A stretch of 63,097 nucleotides of DNA, the filler included, from Pirum gemmata (lineage: Eukaryota), in assembly GCA_002812295.1 (NCBI GenBank). It is 28 parts of 28 records of this genome, joined end to end, with 100 filler letters (N's around TTAATTAATTAA, not from the genome) between each part and the next. Parts side by side here need not be neighbours in the genome. Positions count along the whole stretch, not along the records: positions 11,840 to 13,806 come from PDIN01009620.1; positions 13,907 to 16,676 come from PDIN01009621.1; positions 16,777 to 18,760 come from PDIN01009622.1; positions 18,861 to 20,844 come from PDIN01009623.1; positions 20,945 to 22,706 come from PDIN01009624.1; positions 22,807 to 24,789 come from PDIN01009626.1; positions 24,890 to 26,831 come from PDIN01009627.1; 21 more parts are not named here. One strand, written 5' to 3'. Position numbers and translations under genes: made by a program. Shown in pieces: positions 12,654 through 25,072 of the stretch (the stretch's first letter is position 1; every line of letters begins with the position of its first letter). The notes under the pieces were generated by a model, which saw nothing but the letters and a program-made list of their open reading frames with translations, made no database searches and was not told the origin of the DNA.

Positions 12654-12873
12654 ATTCTTTATTATTATTATTCTTTATTATTCTTTATTATTCTTTATTA
12701 TTATTCTTTATTATTATTATTCTTTATTATTCTTTATTATTCTTTATTATTCTTTATTATTCTTTATTATTCTTTATTATTCTTTATTATTATTATTCTT
12801 TATTATTATTATTCTTTATTATTATTCTTTATTATTATTCTTTATTATTATTCTTTATTATTATTCTTTATTA
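12654..12873. repeat. (TTATTATTCT)n-type microsatellite
   Basis: Directly visible. Confidence 0.9.
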
Positions 12874-13039
12874 CCCTTTGTTTATCATTTCTTTATTACC
12901 ACATTATTTTAAAACTTAGCTATTATTATTATTGATAAACAAACAAACAAACAAACAAATGAAATAAATAAAAGAAACAAATAAACAAATAAACGAACAA
13001 ATCAATAAACAAACAAATTTATTAAAAAAGAATTTTTGC

Positions 13040-13806
13040 TAATATGTTTTTAAACATAATCTGTTTTCAATAAAAGAAAGATGGCGTGTAACGAACGCAT
13101 GTGCCTGAGTCCGGTTAATCCGGAATTGGAATACATCACTGTTTATGAAACTAGATCTGTAAGTAAGGGGCTAAGTTAAGGTTTAGGTTAAGGTTTAGAT
13201 TAAAATCAAAGTAAAAGTCAAAGTCAAAGTCAAGGTTAAGGTTAAGGTCAAGGTTAAGGTTAAGGTTAAGGTTAAGGTTAAGGTTATGGTTATGGTTATG
13301 GTTATGGTTATGGTTATGGTTATGGTTACGGTTACGGTTATGATTATCTTACCAGTTTTGATTTTGCTATTTGCTATTGGTAGTAAGATTATGACTTAAT
13401 GAGAATGATTTTTACATCACTATTTAATGAAACTAGACCTGTAAATAGCTGACTAAGGCTAAAGTTAAGGTTAAGGTTAAGTTTAAGTTAAAGTTTAAGT
13501 TAAAGGTAAAGATTAAGGTTAAGACAAAGGTTAAGGTTAAGGTTATGATTATGATTATGATTAAGGTTAAGGTTAAGGTTAAGGTTAAGGTTATGGTTAT
13601 GACCATGGTAATGGTTATGGTAAGGTTAGGTCACTATTGGTGTTTCAGTTAGGGTAATGGTAATGTTTATGGTTATCCTGACTAGTCTGATTTTGCTATT
13701 GGTATTCGTTGTAAGGTTGTGATTATGTGATAATAATTTTGGTATTGATATTGGTTTGTCGGGATGGATATTATTATTATTATTGTTATTATTATTATTA
13801 TTAATT
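13040..13806 (-). CDS. 3' exons of an unidentified gene, with a duplicated exon/intron unit
   Basis: TTACAG acceptor near 13158 opens SSFINSDVFQFRINRTQAHAFVTRHLSFIENRLCLKTY*. A near-identical acceptor and exon start recurs at about 13438. The introns are filled with (TAACCY)n. Confidence 0.3.
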
Positions 13807-13906
13807 NNNNNNNNNNNNNNNNNNNNNNNNNNNNNNNNNNNNNNNNNNNNTTAATTAATTAANNNNNNNNNNNNNNNNNNNNNNNNNNNNNNNNNNNNNN
13901 NNNNNN

Positions 13907-14473
13907 ATTATTATTATTATTATAATCAGCATCATCATTATAGTTATTGTTATTGTTGTCATTATTGTTATTGTTATTGTGCATGTTATTATAATTTTCG
14001 TTATTTGCAATGTTAATAGTTAGCTGCTCTTGTTGGTGTTGTTGTTGGTGTTGTTGCGGTTGTGGTTGTGGTTGTGGTTGTTGTTGATGATGATGGTGAT
14101 GTTGTTGCTGTTGTTGCGGTTGTTGCTGTTGTTGCTGTTGTTGCTGTTGTTGCTGTTGTTGCGGTTGTTGCGGTTGTTGCTGTTGCTGTTGTTGTTGTTG
14201 TTGTGGTTGTTGTTGTGGTTGTTGTTGTGGTTGGTGTTGGTGGTGGTGGTGGTGGTGGTGAGGGTTGATATAAAACTTAAAAATTTTCACTTCAGCTTTA
14301 ATATGTTGAAGAGTGTGGTGACGAAACACCCATTCTGCATCGTGATCAATGACAGTTTTAGTACTCCATGTCCATTTTAACACATTTCTCCTTAGTGTTT
14401 CGTTTTTGAAAATGATTTTTCCGTATCGATTGTTATCATTCATACTTAAGCTTGCTACATAGATATTGTTCAA
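13907..14473 (-). CDS. N-terminus of a polyQ/H/N protein, possibly the start of an ankyrin-repeat gene
   Basis: ATG in an A-rich context, about 70 aa of complex sequence (IFKNETLRRNVLKW), then Q/H/N tracts running into the linker. Confidence 0.55.
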
Positions 14474-14523
14474 TATTTTGGTTTTTTTTATATATTAAAT
14501 ATTGATACTGTGATTGTGATTTA

Positions 14524-14556
<33 letters not shown>

Positions 14557-14557
14557 A

Positions 14558-14602
<45 letters not shown>

Positions 14603-15104
14603 TTTTTTTTTCTTTTTTTTTTTTTTTTTTGTTTTTNNNNNNNNNNNNNNNNNNNNNNNNNNNNNNNNNNNNNNNNNNNNNNNNNNNNNNNNNNNNNNNN
14701 NNNNNNNNAAAAAAAAAAAAAAATAGCCCCCTCACCAAAACCTATATGATTCATAATATTATATAATTATGTTCACTGAGAATTTCTATCAATATGATAT
14801 CTTCTCGAATATACCCATACCGGATGGAAACTTAAAATAGCATCACGGTCTTTGCCATTTTTACTCCAACACCTAAGCGTTTGGTTTGTGATTACATGCA
14901 TAATATTATTATGTAGTTTGAAATTCAAATAATTTTAGATGCTTTTGTTATCGTAATGTTTTTATTTATTAAAGCCGAATGTTTTATTAGAAATTTTTAT
15001 TTGATACAATATGTGATTCAGCATTAAATTTTTTTTAGTTATTTATTTATTAAAATTTAAAGAATGAGTCCACCAGGACTTCACCTAGACTAGAAGGAAT
15101 TATT

Positions 15105-15292
15105 GTGCTTTTCAGTTGTTTTGTCATCATAAAATATACAATAAAGAGTGCCAAATTAATACAATATAAATCCTTTTCATTTAATTTGGTATATATTTAT
15201 TATCTATTTATTCATTTAATAATGTCAATTTAAATATTATAACCAACCAAATAAATATTCGGAGTGACAAAATAAAAATAAATGAAAAGCAC
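15105..15292. mobile_element. MITE family B, full copy (TIR GTGCTTTTCA, TA target; Tc1/mariner-like non-autonomous element)
   Basis: Inverted termini. The copy at 36226-36332 is flanked by TA on both sides. Further or partial copies lie at about 33560-33670, 36700-36812, 48677-48800, 57730-57912 and 61620-61740. Confidence 0.8.
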
Positions 15293-15397
15293 AATAATTT
15301 GAAGTAAGAAAATAAAAAAACTGTAGTGACAAAACAGACTCAAAACAGTGACATGTGCATAAAACCCTTGAACTCAGGACTCCAAACTGGGCTAAAA

Positions 15398-15552
15398 GGG
15401 AGATGCGGCAAAAACCATCGAATCGAGACTAGTTCGAAAATTTTCGATCTAATTTTTTAAGTTTCTCATTTTTGAATTCATTACAATTACATAGGAAAAC
15501 TTGAAACTCAACATTGAGCTGTTTGATTTGATTATGTTTTCCCTCATCTCCC
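15398..15552. mobile_element. MITE family D (GGGAGATG...CATCTCCC)
   Basis: Long imperfect TIRs. Related copies at about 16785-16967 and 17026-17241 share AAAACCATCGAATCGAGACTAGTTCGAAA. Confidence 0.75.
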
Positions 15553-15559
15553 AGGAAGC

Positions 15560-16676
15560 TTAACTTTTAACAACCTGTAAGCCCAAGCCCAAGCCCATAA
15601 CCAACCCCAACCCCAAACCAAAAGTCATTTGTTTATAATACGGCGGTTGTTGATGGTGTTGAGGGTGTTGTTTTCGATTCATTTCAGCACCATGAACATT
15701 TTCCTCTACTACAAGCATATTTTGTTTTTGTTGAAGTTCTTGTAACTTTTGACTATAATATTGCTGCTTCTTTTGTTGTTGATGATGATGGATCTGTTGT
15801 AAATATTGTGCCACCTCTACATGTCCATTTTCCAAACTTTTCATAATAACCTCTTGGGACCAAGTTTCGTTTCTGTTTTCATGAAGATATTTAACCACAT
15901 CGAAGTGACCATTTTCAGCTGCCCAGTAAATTGCGTTAGCGGTGCAGCCTTCATTTCTATTATCATGTAAAAACTTTATTACATCGAGGTGATTTTCTCT
16001 GGCGGCAAAATCCATGGCTAACGCACGACAGGGACTCCCTTTTTCGTGAAGGTATTGAACAATGTCCAAATGACCATTACGAGCAGCAAAATCGATGGCT
16101 CGGGTAGTACAACCTTCCAATCGATTTTCGAAAAGAAATCGGACCACCTCTATATGACCACCTTCGGCCGCATTATCAATGGCATTTGTACTAAAAACCC
16201 CTTCTGCTCGGTTATGGTGTAGGAAAGACACAATTTCTAAAAATCCATTTTTGGCAGCGTTGTCGAGCAATTTTGTTTCTAATGTTAACTTCAACTTTCT
16301 TGGTAATATTTCTGTAACATTATTATTATTAATGTTACTTTGCATTATGCTCTCTTCATTATCATGCAAAAATTGGACCACAGGTAGATATCCATTTATT
16401 ACACCTTTATTCAAAGCTGAGAAAAAACAAAAAGAATGACTGTTTCGTTGTAAAAAAAGAAATTGCAATATTTTTAAGTTTCCTCCAGCGGCTGCAAAAG
16501 TTGATGGAGAAACACAATTTTCACTTTCGTTAATAAGGATATTATTAATGTCACAATGACAGTGTGTATTCTTATCAATATTAAAAAAGTGGAAAAATTT
16601 TAGCACAGCCTCAGAACCAACTAAAGCAGCATAATTGAAACTGGAAATAGGAATATCTTTATTATTATTATTATTA
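15560..16676 (-). CDS. Ankyrin-repeat protein (AID.AA.NGHL.VV..LH.NR.EGCT subtype), 5' end missing
   Basis: At least 8 repeats such as AIDNAAEGGHIEVVRFLFENRLEGCT. The frame stays open upstream of 16606 into poly-Asn at the linker. Q-rich C-terminus. Confidence 0.92.
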
Positions 16677-17629
16677 NNNNNNNNNNNNNNNNNNNNNNNN
16701 NNNNNNNNNNNNNNNNNNNNTTAATTAATTAANNNNNNNNNNNNNNNNNNNNNNNNNNNNNNNNNNNNNNNNNNNNTACTATCATGTTCGAAATTTTCAA
16801 AATTTTCGAATCCAATTTTCGAAGTCTTGAACTTTTAAATTTTTAGAAATTTTTTAGGAAAATTCAAAACTCGAAAAAAAAATTGAATAAAAATTTCGTA
16901 AAATTGTCACCATTTATTAATAGCGATCGAGTAGTTTGGTTCGATTATGGTTTCTTTCCCTACCCCCTTTATCTACTAGTAGCCTAATGCTAGCTATTGT
17001 TTTGTATTTGTAATTTTATTCAATTGGGAGCTGCGGGAAAAACCATCGAATCGAGACTAGTTCGAAATTTCGAAATTTTTCGATCTAATTTTGAGTATTG
17101 ACTCAGTTTTAATTTCATTAAAAACTGCTTAAAATTTCTTAGAAATTTCATAGAAAAAACTTAAACTCGATTATTTCAAAATTGTTACTATTTAATAATT
17201 AGGATCGAGCTGTTTGATTCGATTATGTTTTCCCTATCTCCTTGAATAATTTATTCCTTTTTTTTTCTTTACGATATGCAATTAGTTTTTTATTTTCACT
17301 ATAAAAAACAAACAAACAAACAAAATATGGGATACTAATCACCTTCATTTGTTTTGTTGTAGTTGCTTATTATTATTATTGTTATTGTTACATTATTATT
17401 ATTATTAGTATTAGTATTAGTATTAGTATTATTAGTATTAGTATTAGTATCAGTATTACGATTAGTATTAGTATTAGTATTAGTATTAGTATTATTATCA
17501 TTGTTGTTGTTGTTATTGTTGTTGTTGCTGTTATTATTATTACTATCATTATTATTATTATATTATTATTATTGAGTTGTAATTCAACTAGTTGATTTTT
17601 TCTTTTTTAAAAGATAAAAAACATTACAA

Positions 17630-18604
17630 CTAATCGTCTATTTTTGTTATTCGTCTTGATTTTCTTGTATATGAGGTTGTTTCGCTTTCGGCATTTCGTT
17701 TACAATCAATGCTATTACCATACATAGACTGTAAGAGTTGAAGGCTATTTTCATATATATCTGTTATTTCCGTTGGAATAGCTTCTTCTATTGGTAAAAT
17801 GGAGAGGGAATCGGGCATAAATGTTGAAATAGGTGTTGGTGTTGGTGTTGGTGTTGGTGTTGGTGTTGGTGTAAGTGTTGATACTGGTGTTGGCGTTGGT
17901 GTTGGTGTTGGTGTTAGTGTTGGTGTTAGTGTTGGTGTTACATCATCAAGAGCAGAAAACTTGGCACTAGCTTTAGCTTTGGATTTGGCTTTGGCTTTTG
18001 GTTTAGGTTTAGGTTTAGGTTTAGGTTTGGATTTTGCTTTAGTTTTGGGTTGTGTTGGGGCGTTTGGTGTAGGGTTTAGTGTAGGGGTTGGTGTAGGGGT
18101 TGGTGTAGGGGTTGGTGTAGGGGTTGGTGTAAAACTTTTACGTCTATTTTCTCGCACATTGACCATCCCTTCGAGTTTACATTTAGAACAATACAAACGT
18201 TCAGTTTTACCCAAAAAATTAAAAGTAGGATGTGATCCACAACCACCTTTACATCGTTTACTAGTTACATTTACCATGCCCTCCAATTTGCATCGAGAAC
18301 AATATAGACTCTTTTTTAAACCTTCATAATTAAAAGAAGCTCGTAAACCACAACCACCCAAACACTTCTCACTTCGGACATCAACCATCCCAATATGCCT
18401 GCATTTAGAACAATACAAACTTTTTGTTTGGCCAGGAAAATTAAAAGATGGACGTAAACCACAACCACCTTTGCATTTTTTACTTCTCACATCAATCATC
18501 CCATATTCTTTGCATTTTACACAATATAAACCTTTCCCTTCACCTTCAACATTGAAGTAAGGTTGAGAACCACAACCTCCTTCGCACGTTCTCGAATCAA
18601 CCAT
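17630..18604 (-). CDS. EsV-1-7-type cysteine-rich repeat protein with PT repeats and a Lys/Pro/Ala tract
   Basis: Four ~37-aa repeats C.GGCG..P.FN..G....LYC.KC...GMV[DN]V. Confidence 0.85.
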   Translation of the reverse strand: MVDSRTCEGGCGSQPYFNVEGEGKGLYCVKCKEYGMIDVRSKKCKGGCGLRPSFNFPGQTKSLYCSKCRHIGMVDVRSEKCLGGCGLRASFNYEGLKKSLYCSRCKLEGMVNVTSKRCKGGCGSHPTFNFLGKTERLYCSKCKLEGMVNVRENRRKSFTPTPTPTPTPTPTPTPTLNPTPNAPTQPKTKAKSKPKPKPKPKPKAKAKSKAKASAKFSALDDVTPTLTPTLTPTPTPTPTPVSTLTPTPTPTPTPTPTPISTFMPDSLSILPIEEAIPTEITDIYENSLQLLQSMYGNSIDCKRNAESETTSYTRKSRRITKIDD

Positions 18605-18862
18605 ATTATTATTGTTAATATTTATAATAATAACAATAATAATAATAATAATTGTTATTATTATTGTTATTGTTATTAGTATTAGTATTAGTATTAGTAT
18701 TAGTATTATTAGTATTAGTATTAGTATCAGTATTACGATTAGTATTAGTATTAGTATTAGNNNNNNNNNNNNNNNNNNNNNNNNNNNNNNNNNNNNNNNN
18801 NNNNTTAATTAATTAANNNNNNNNNNNNNNNNNNNNNNNNNNNNNNNNNNNNNNNNNNNNAA

Positions 18863-19453
18863 CCATCACCACATCAACCACCACCACATCAACCACCACC
18901 ACCACCACCACCACCACCACCACCACAACCACAACCACAACCACAACAACCACAACCACAACCACCACCACCACCACAACCACAACCACAACCAACACCA
19001 CCACCACCACAACATTATCACCACCGCCATCATCATCATCAACCACCCAAACCCCAACCCCAACCCCAGGTACAAACACAACCATCGCAACAAAACCAAC
19101 CATATCAGCACTATCAACCGCAACAAGAATACCATCAACCCGAATACCAACCCGAATACCAACCCCAATATCGCCCATCACAACACAACGGCAACCCTTC
19201 CCCACATCATCAACACACACGAGGTCCCCCCCAGCCGCCTCAACCACAACATCAACTACAACATCAACTACAACATCAACCGCAACATCAACCGCAACAA
19301 TCGCAACAATTACCACATTCATACTCCCAATCACTGTTGCATAATTATAATAGAAACAATTACTACCACGAACACCACGAACACCAACAACAACAATATC
19401 AGCAACCACCACAACAACATATGAGTAAATATAGTTATCACGAACATCAACAT

Positions 19454-19512
<59 letters not shown>

Positions 19513-20844
19513 CCACCACCACCACCACCACCACCACCACCACCACCAACACCACCACCACCACCACCAACAACAACAACAGCCATGTTAATAGCTATAA
19601 ATATGATCGTCCTTCTTACCACAATAATAATAATAATAATGTGAATAATACTAATACAAATTATAGAAATACTCAACATGGTTCCCAACGACAGTATAAA
19701 ATTGATTTTTATTATAAAGAAAATGACAGTAACAATGAACATTGTGACGATCACATTGAAAATGAAACTAGTTGCAGCAACTACGTTAAGGGCAATAAAA
19801 ACTATTACACTGAACAATATCAAGAGTATAACGCCCATAACCACAGTGATGTCGACTACAATGATAATAGTAACAATACTAATTGTGATTTGACATCTCT
19901 TAAAAAAAGATCAGCTAGCTTTAGTCATATTCCACATTATAATAGTCATTATAATACGTATAGGTCTAGTACAGAAAATAACGACGCTGAATATCAATCT
20001 AAACAAACCTGCGATATTTACAAACAATATACATCCATTTATGAGAGTAGATACCCGGAAACTGAAAATGCCATTATTACTAAGCGACACCATTCACTTT
20101 CGACTAGTAGTATAAATGACGTGATCAATGAAGATTCTCATTCTCATTCTGATTTGCTAATAAGAAATAAAAGCGACACAATTATTAACCCTGTAATTGA
20201 TGGGTTTGATCGCAATACTGTATATCATAGGAAAAGTAGTTTAACTGAATATCCTTATAATGGATCTAGAACAGAAGAGCTTAGAAAATATGAGCACAGC
20301 ATTAACCATAAGAATCAGCAGCATCAGCAGAATCAACAAGATCCAGGTTCCAATGTTCATTGTTATAACTACAAACCGCCGCCACAACCAGTACCGGTAC
20401 CATTACCAATACCAATACCACCATCACAACCACATTCGCAACAGCCACCATCACCAAAACCACCACAGTCACCACAGTCACCTCAGTCACCACCACCACC
20501 ACCACCACCACCACCACAACAGCCATCACAACCGCCACCACTGCAACAACTTAATTATCAGTCACAACAACAACAACAACAACATTTACGACAACTTCAA
20601 CATTTACAACAACAACAACAACAAGCTCAAGTTCCACCACAGCCACAACCGTCAGTAAGACAAACGCAGCAGCAGCAGCGCCAGACACCTTATCAACTGC
20701 CCCAACAGCAGTCTTATCAGCGGCAGCAACAGTATGAAGTACAACTACCCCCACCACAGCAACAGCGACTTTACCAGCCACCACATCAACCACCACCACA
20801 TCAACCACCACCACATCAACCACCACCACATCAACCACCACCAC
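18863..20844 (+). CDS. Low-complexity Pro/Gln/His-rich protein fragment, with an apparent frameshift near 19570
   Basis: One frame is open from 18863 to 19591 and another from about 19570 to 20844. The central part (19600-20380) is complex coding-like sequence. No domain recognised. Confidence 0.6.
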
Positions 20845-21278
20845 NNNNNNNNNNNNNNNNNNNNNNNNNNNNNNNNNNNNNNNNNNNNTTAATTAATTAA
20901 NNNNNNNNNNNNNNNNNNNNNNNNNNNNNNNNNNNNNNNNNNNNACCCTAACCCTAACCCTAACCCTAACCCTAACCAAATAGATGATCAAAGTGACAAA
21001 ATAAATGAATAGCAGCAGTTATAGCAGCAGGATAATACTATGCAGAACTCGATAATTCATACTTTGATTTTAAGTCTTTAATTACTAATTAATAAATATA
21101 TTCGAAACATTCGATCGTTTTCATCATTTTTAGTATCAGAACCTTACATATTTTTTTTCGCTTTTTTTTAGGACGAATTTTTATTTTCTCGCTTTTAATT
21201 ATATGTTTACAGAAAAAATTTGCTGTTTTATTAAAATTTTGTATTAGCAAACAATTACATTATTAATATATTTATATT

Positions 21279-21676
<398 letters not shown>

Positions 21677-22169
21677 TATAGCTAGATTCAATTATGATTA
21701 AAAGTTTTTCCGTATTAATTAAAAAATAAATAAAACAAAATAAAAGAGAAATAATATATTAATTTTAATTAATATAATAATTATAGCAAAGTCTAATAAT
21801 TATGATTAAATTTTTTATTACTATATGATAGTACAAAAAAATTATCAAATAATAAGCTTTTTTAAAAAATCAAAACTATAATAATAATAATAAGAGAGAT
21901 AAGAGTTAAAAAAAATAAGAGAGTATTAAATATGATTTTCATTTTTTATTATTTTTTTATTTTATAATTAAATTTATAATCGATAATTATTAGGAAGATT
22001 AACAATAATAATAAAAGGGATAAACGGACTGTAGTAATTACGTCAAAATGTATTATCTGTTTTTGTTTTGTTTTGTTTGGTTGTTTTGTTTTAATTATTT
22101 AAGATAAAAAGGTGTATTTGTTTTGTTTAGATACGTTATTCTTCTAATGGATGTTAAAAACGTGTGGGT

Positions 22170-22706
22170 TCGTTTTGTTGCTTTTTGCTTTTGTTGCTTT
22201 TGTTGTTTTGTTGTTTTGTTTGTTTTGTTTGTTTTGTTTGTTTTGTTGTTTTGTTGTTTTGTTGTTTTGCTGTTTTGTTGTTTTGTTGTTTTGTTGTTTT
22301 GTTGTTTTGTTGTTTTGTTGTTTTGTTGTTTTGTTGTTTTGTTGTTTTGTTGTACGATATAAATTTTAAAAAACAAATAGTACTCTCTTATTTTTTATAT
22401 AGTTTTTTACAAAAAAACTTAATCATAATTAAACCCACAATTATTGTTATATTAATTATCAGATTTTGTTTTGTTTTGTTTGGTTGTTTTGTTTTGTTGT
22501 TTTGTTTTGTTTGGTTGTTTGGTTTTGTTTGGTTTTATTTAGCTACTTGTTTTTTGTCTCTTAGATTATCGTTGATCGTGTTTTTGCTTTTTTGCTTTTT
22601 TGCTCATTTTAATTTTCTTTTGTTGTTTTTTGTTTGTTGTTGTTTGTTGTGTTGTGTGTTGTCTGTTGTTTGTTGTTTGTTGTTTGTTGTTTGTTGTTTG
22701 TTGTTT
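22170..22706. repeat. (TTGTTGTT)n T/G-rich low-complexity tract
   Basis: Directly visible. Confidence 0.9.
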
Positions 22707-23489
22707 NNNNNNNNNNNNNNNNNNNNNNNNNNNNNNNNNNNNNNNNNNNNTTAATTAATTAANNNNNNNNNNNNNNNNNNNNNNNNNNNNNNNNNNNNNN
22801 NNNNNNTTTGCTCAAAAAAAAAAGTGTATCCAGATGTCGATTAAAGAGTTTTAAATACCAATCTAGATGTCTATAAATAAGAATGCCAGTTGTCTTTAAA
22901 AAGCGTTTAATTATATATATAAAGAAAATGTCACTAAAATTCCGAAAGAAAAAAAGTCTGGATGAATAAAGATAGAATACAATAAGGAATGAATTATTCA
23001 AAGATGGTTAAATTTTCTAATTGATATCATTGTTTTATTATTGATTTTTTGATTTAATTTTTTATGTAATATTTATATAAATAATAAATAAACATAAAAA
23101 ATTAAATAAATCAATCAATAATAAAACAGTAATAAAAATTAGAAAATTAATACAGATTGATAAGTAGTACGTACTACTTGCATCAATTCATTCTTTATAG
23201 TATCCCATGATTTCCATCTTTGTTCATTGGGACTTTATAAATAATTATTATAACCAACCAAATAAATTCAGAGCTGTAGACTCTATCTGTAGCCTGTGAA
23301 ACAATAACAATAACAATAACAATAACAATAACAATAACAATAACAATAACAATAACAATAACAATAACAATAACAATAACAATAACAATAGAGTCTAGAC
23401 TATTCTGGAAAACTTGTGGAAACTTGTGGAAACTTGTGGAAATAGACTCAGTGGAAATACTGGGGGGTCTACTCGACTCGAAACAGCTG

Positions 23490-23678
23490 TGGAAATCTCA
23501 AAATGATCCAATTTTAATAATAAAAGTACTACCAAATGTTTGGGAAATCGTTTAACTAAGAAAACTCTATTATGAACCAATGGCTAGTTTTTAAAAATAA
23601 TTTGGCTAGTTAGCATGAAAGGTTTTTAGAAAAGAAATCAAAAAAAATTATAACTGCAGTTTTCGGCTTGGCTGTTAA
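23490..23678. mobile_element. MITE family C copy
   Basis: Core AAGAAAACTCTATTATGAACCAAT. Ends CGGCTTGGCTG-TTAA-polyA. Confidence 0.75.
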
Positions 23679-24036
23679 AAAAAAAAAAAACATTCTAGAC
23701 GATGTAGACTATATGATAATAAAACGATAAGTATCCGATAAACGCTAAGAGGAAGACCATAAAATTGAGTTAATCATAAATACCTCTAGATAAATACCTA
23801 GCTAGTAATAAATAAACTATTATAAAGAATAACCTATAAACAACAAGAATCAAATAACAAATTGGCTACAAATTGTATCTTGGAAGTTATTATTGACCAT
23901 AACAACAACAACAACGACAACGACAATAACAACAACAACGACAACGACAACAATAACACAACAACAACAACACAACACAACAATAATAGCAACAATAATA
24001 ACAATAACAACTATAATAACAACAACAACATAGAAA

Positions 24037-24574
24037 ATGCTTGCAGCACTATCCAAAACAACAGCCCCCCAAAAATGCGAAACAAATATAAAAAAAACAA
24101 CTTTTGCTGAATCTGAAGTTTATTATTTCAATAGAGAAATAGATATTACCAAGGAAACAGATAAAGGGGAACCCGAACAAATAATCACCATTAGTCAAAA
24201 ATCGATCGGTGACGAATCTTGTATAGTTTGGGATGCTGCGTTATGTTTTGGTTTTTATTGTATAGACAGGTTTCCCAAAATGCATTGGAAACATAAAAAG
24301 GTCTTAGAATTTGGAGCTGGAACAGGCGTTGTGGGTATTATGTTAGCGAAAATTGGGGCCACTGCTTATATTACTGATTTGCCGGAGGTTCTACCTTTAA
24401 TTAATAGAAATCTGGAGTTAAATTTTGTTGTGAATAATATTGGCTTTGGTGGTGCTAATGTTGATAGTGTTGCTCAGTTGAATGAAAATAAGAATAAAAC
24501 AGTTACTATGAATGGTAACGTGTCGTCTTTCCCTTTGGACTGGTCAAAATTTTCAACTGATATGAATGCAGCAG
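24037..24574 (+). CDS. Family 16 seven-beta-strand protein lysine methyltransferase (METTL21/VCP-KMT-like), first exon
   Basis: Motifs CIVWDAA, KKVLEFGAGTGVVG and YITDLPEVLPLINRNLELN. Donor GCAG/GTACGA at 24574/5. The downstream D.VY motif is absent from this scaffold. Confidence 0.9.
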
Positions 24575-25072
24575 GTACGATACTACACAACATCCTCTTC
24601 TAACCCTAACCCTAACCCTAACCCTAACCCTAACCTCCAATCCTAATCCTTAGGATAAACTAACATAATATCTCAACCAAAATACCAAGTATATATCCGA
24701 ATGAAGTTGTTTTCATTTCCCGTATAAACTAAATTCTTATTTAATAAATACACCCTAAACCTAGTTATAATTAATAATAATAATAATAANNNNNNNNNNN
24801 NNNNNNNNNNNNNNNNNNNNNNNNNNNNNNNNNTTAATTAATTAANNNNNNNNNNNNNNNNNNNNNNNNNNNNNNNNNNNNNNNNNNNNATAATAATAAT
24901 AATAATAAATAATAATAAATAATAATAAATAACAATAACAATAAATATATTATTTTTACGTTTTCAAATATAATATATTATTATTATTTTATAGCATTAT
25001 ATACAAATATTTTAATATTATATTTTTTATGAAAATTTAACAAATACATTAACAACAGCAACAGCAACAAAC

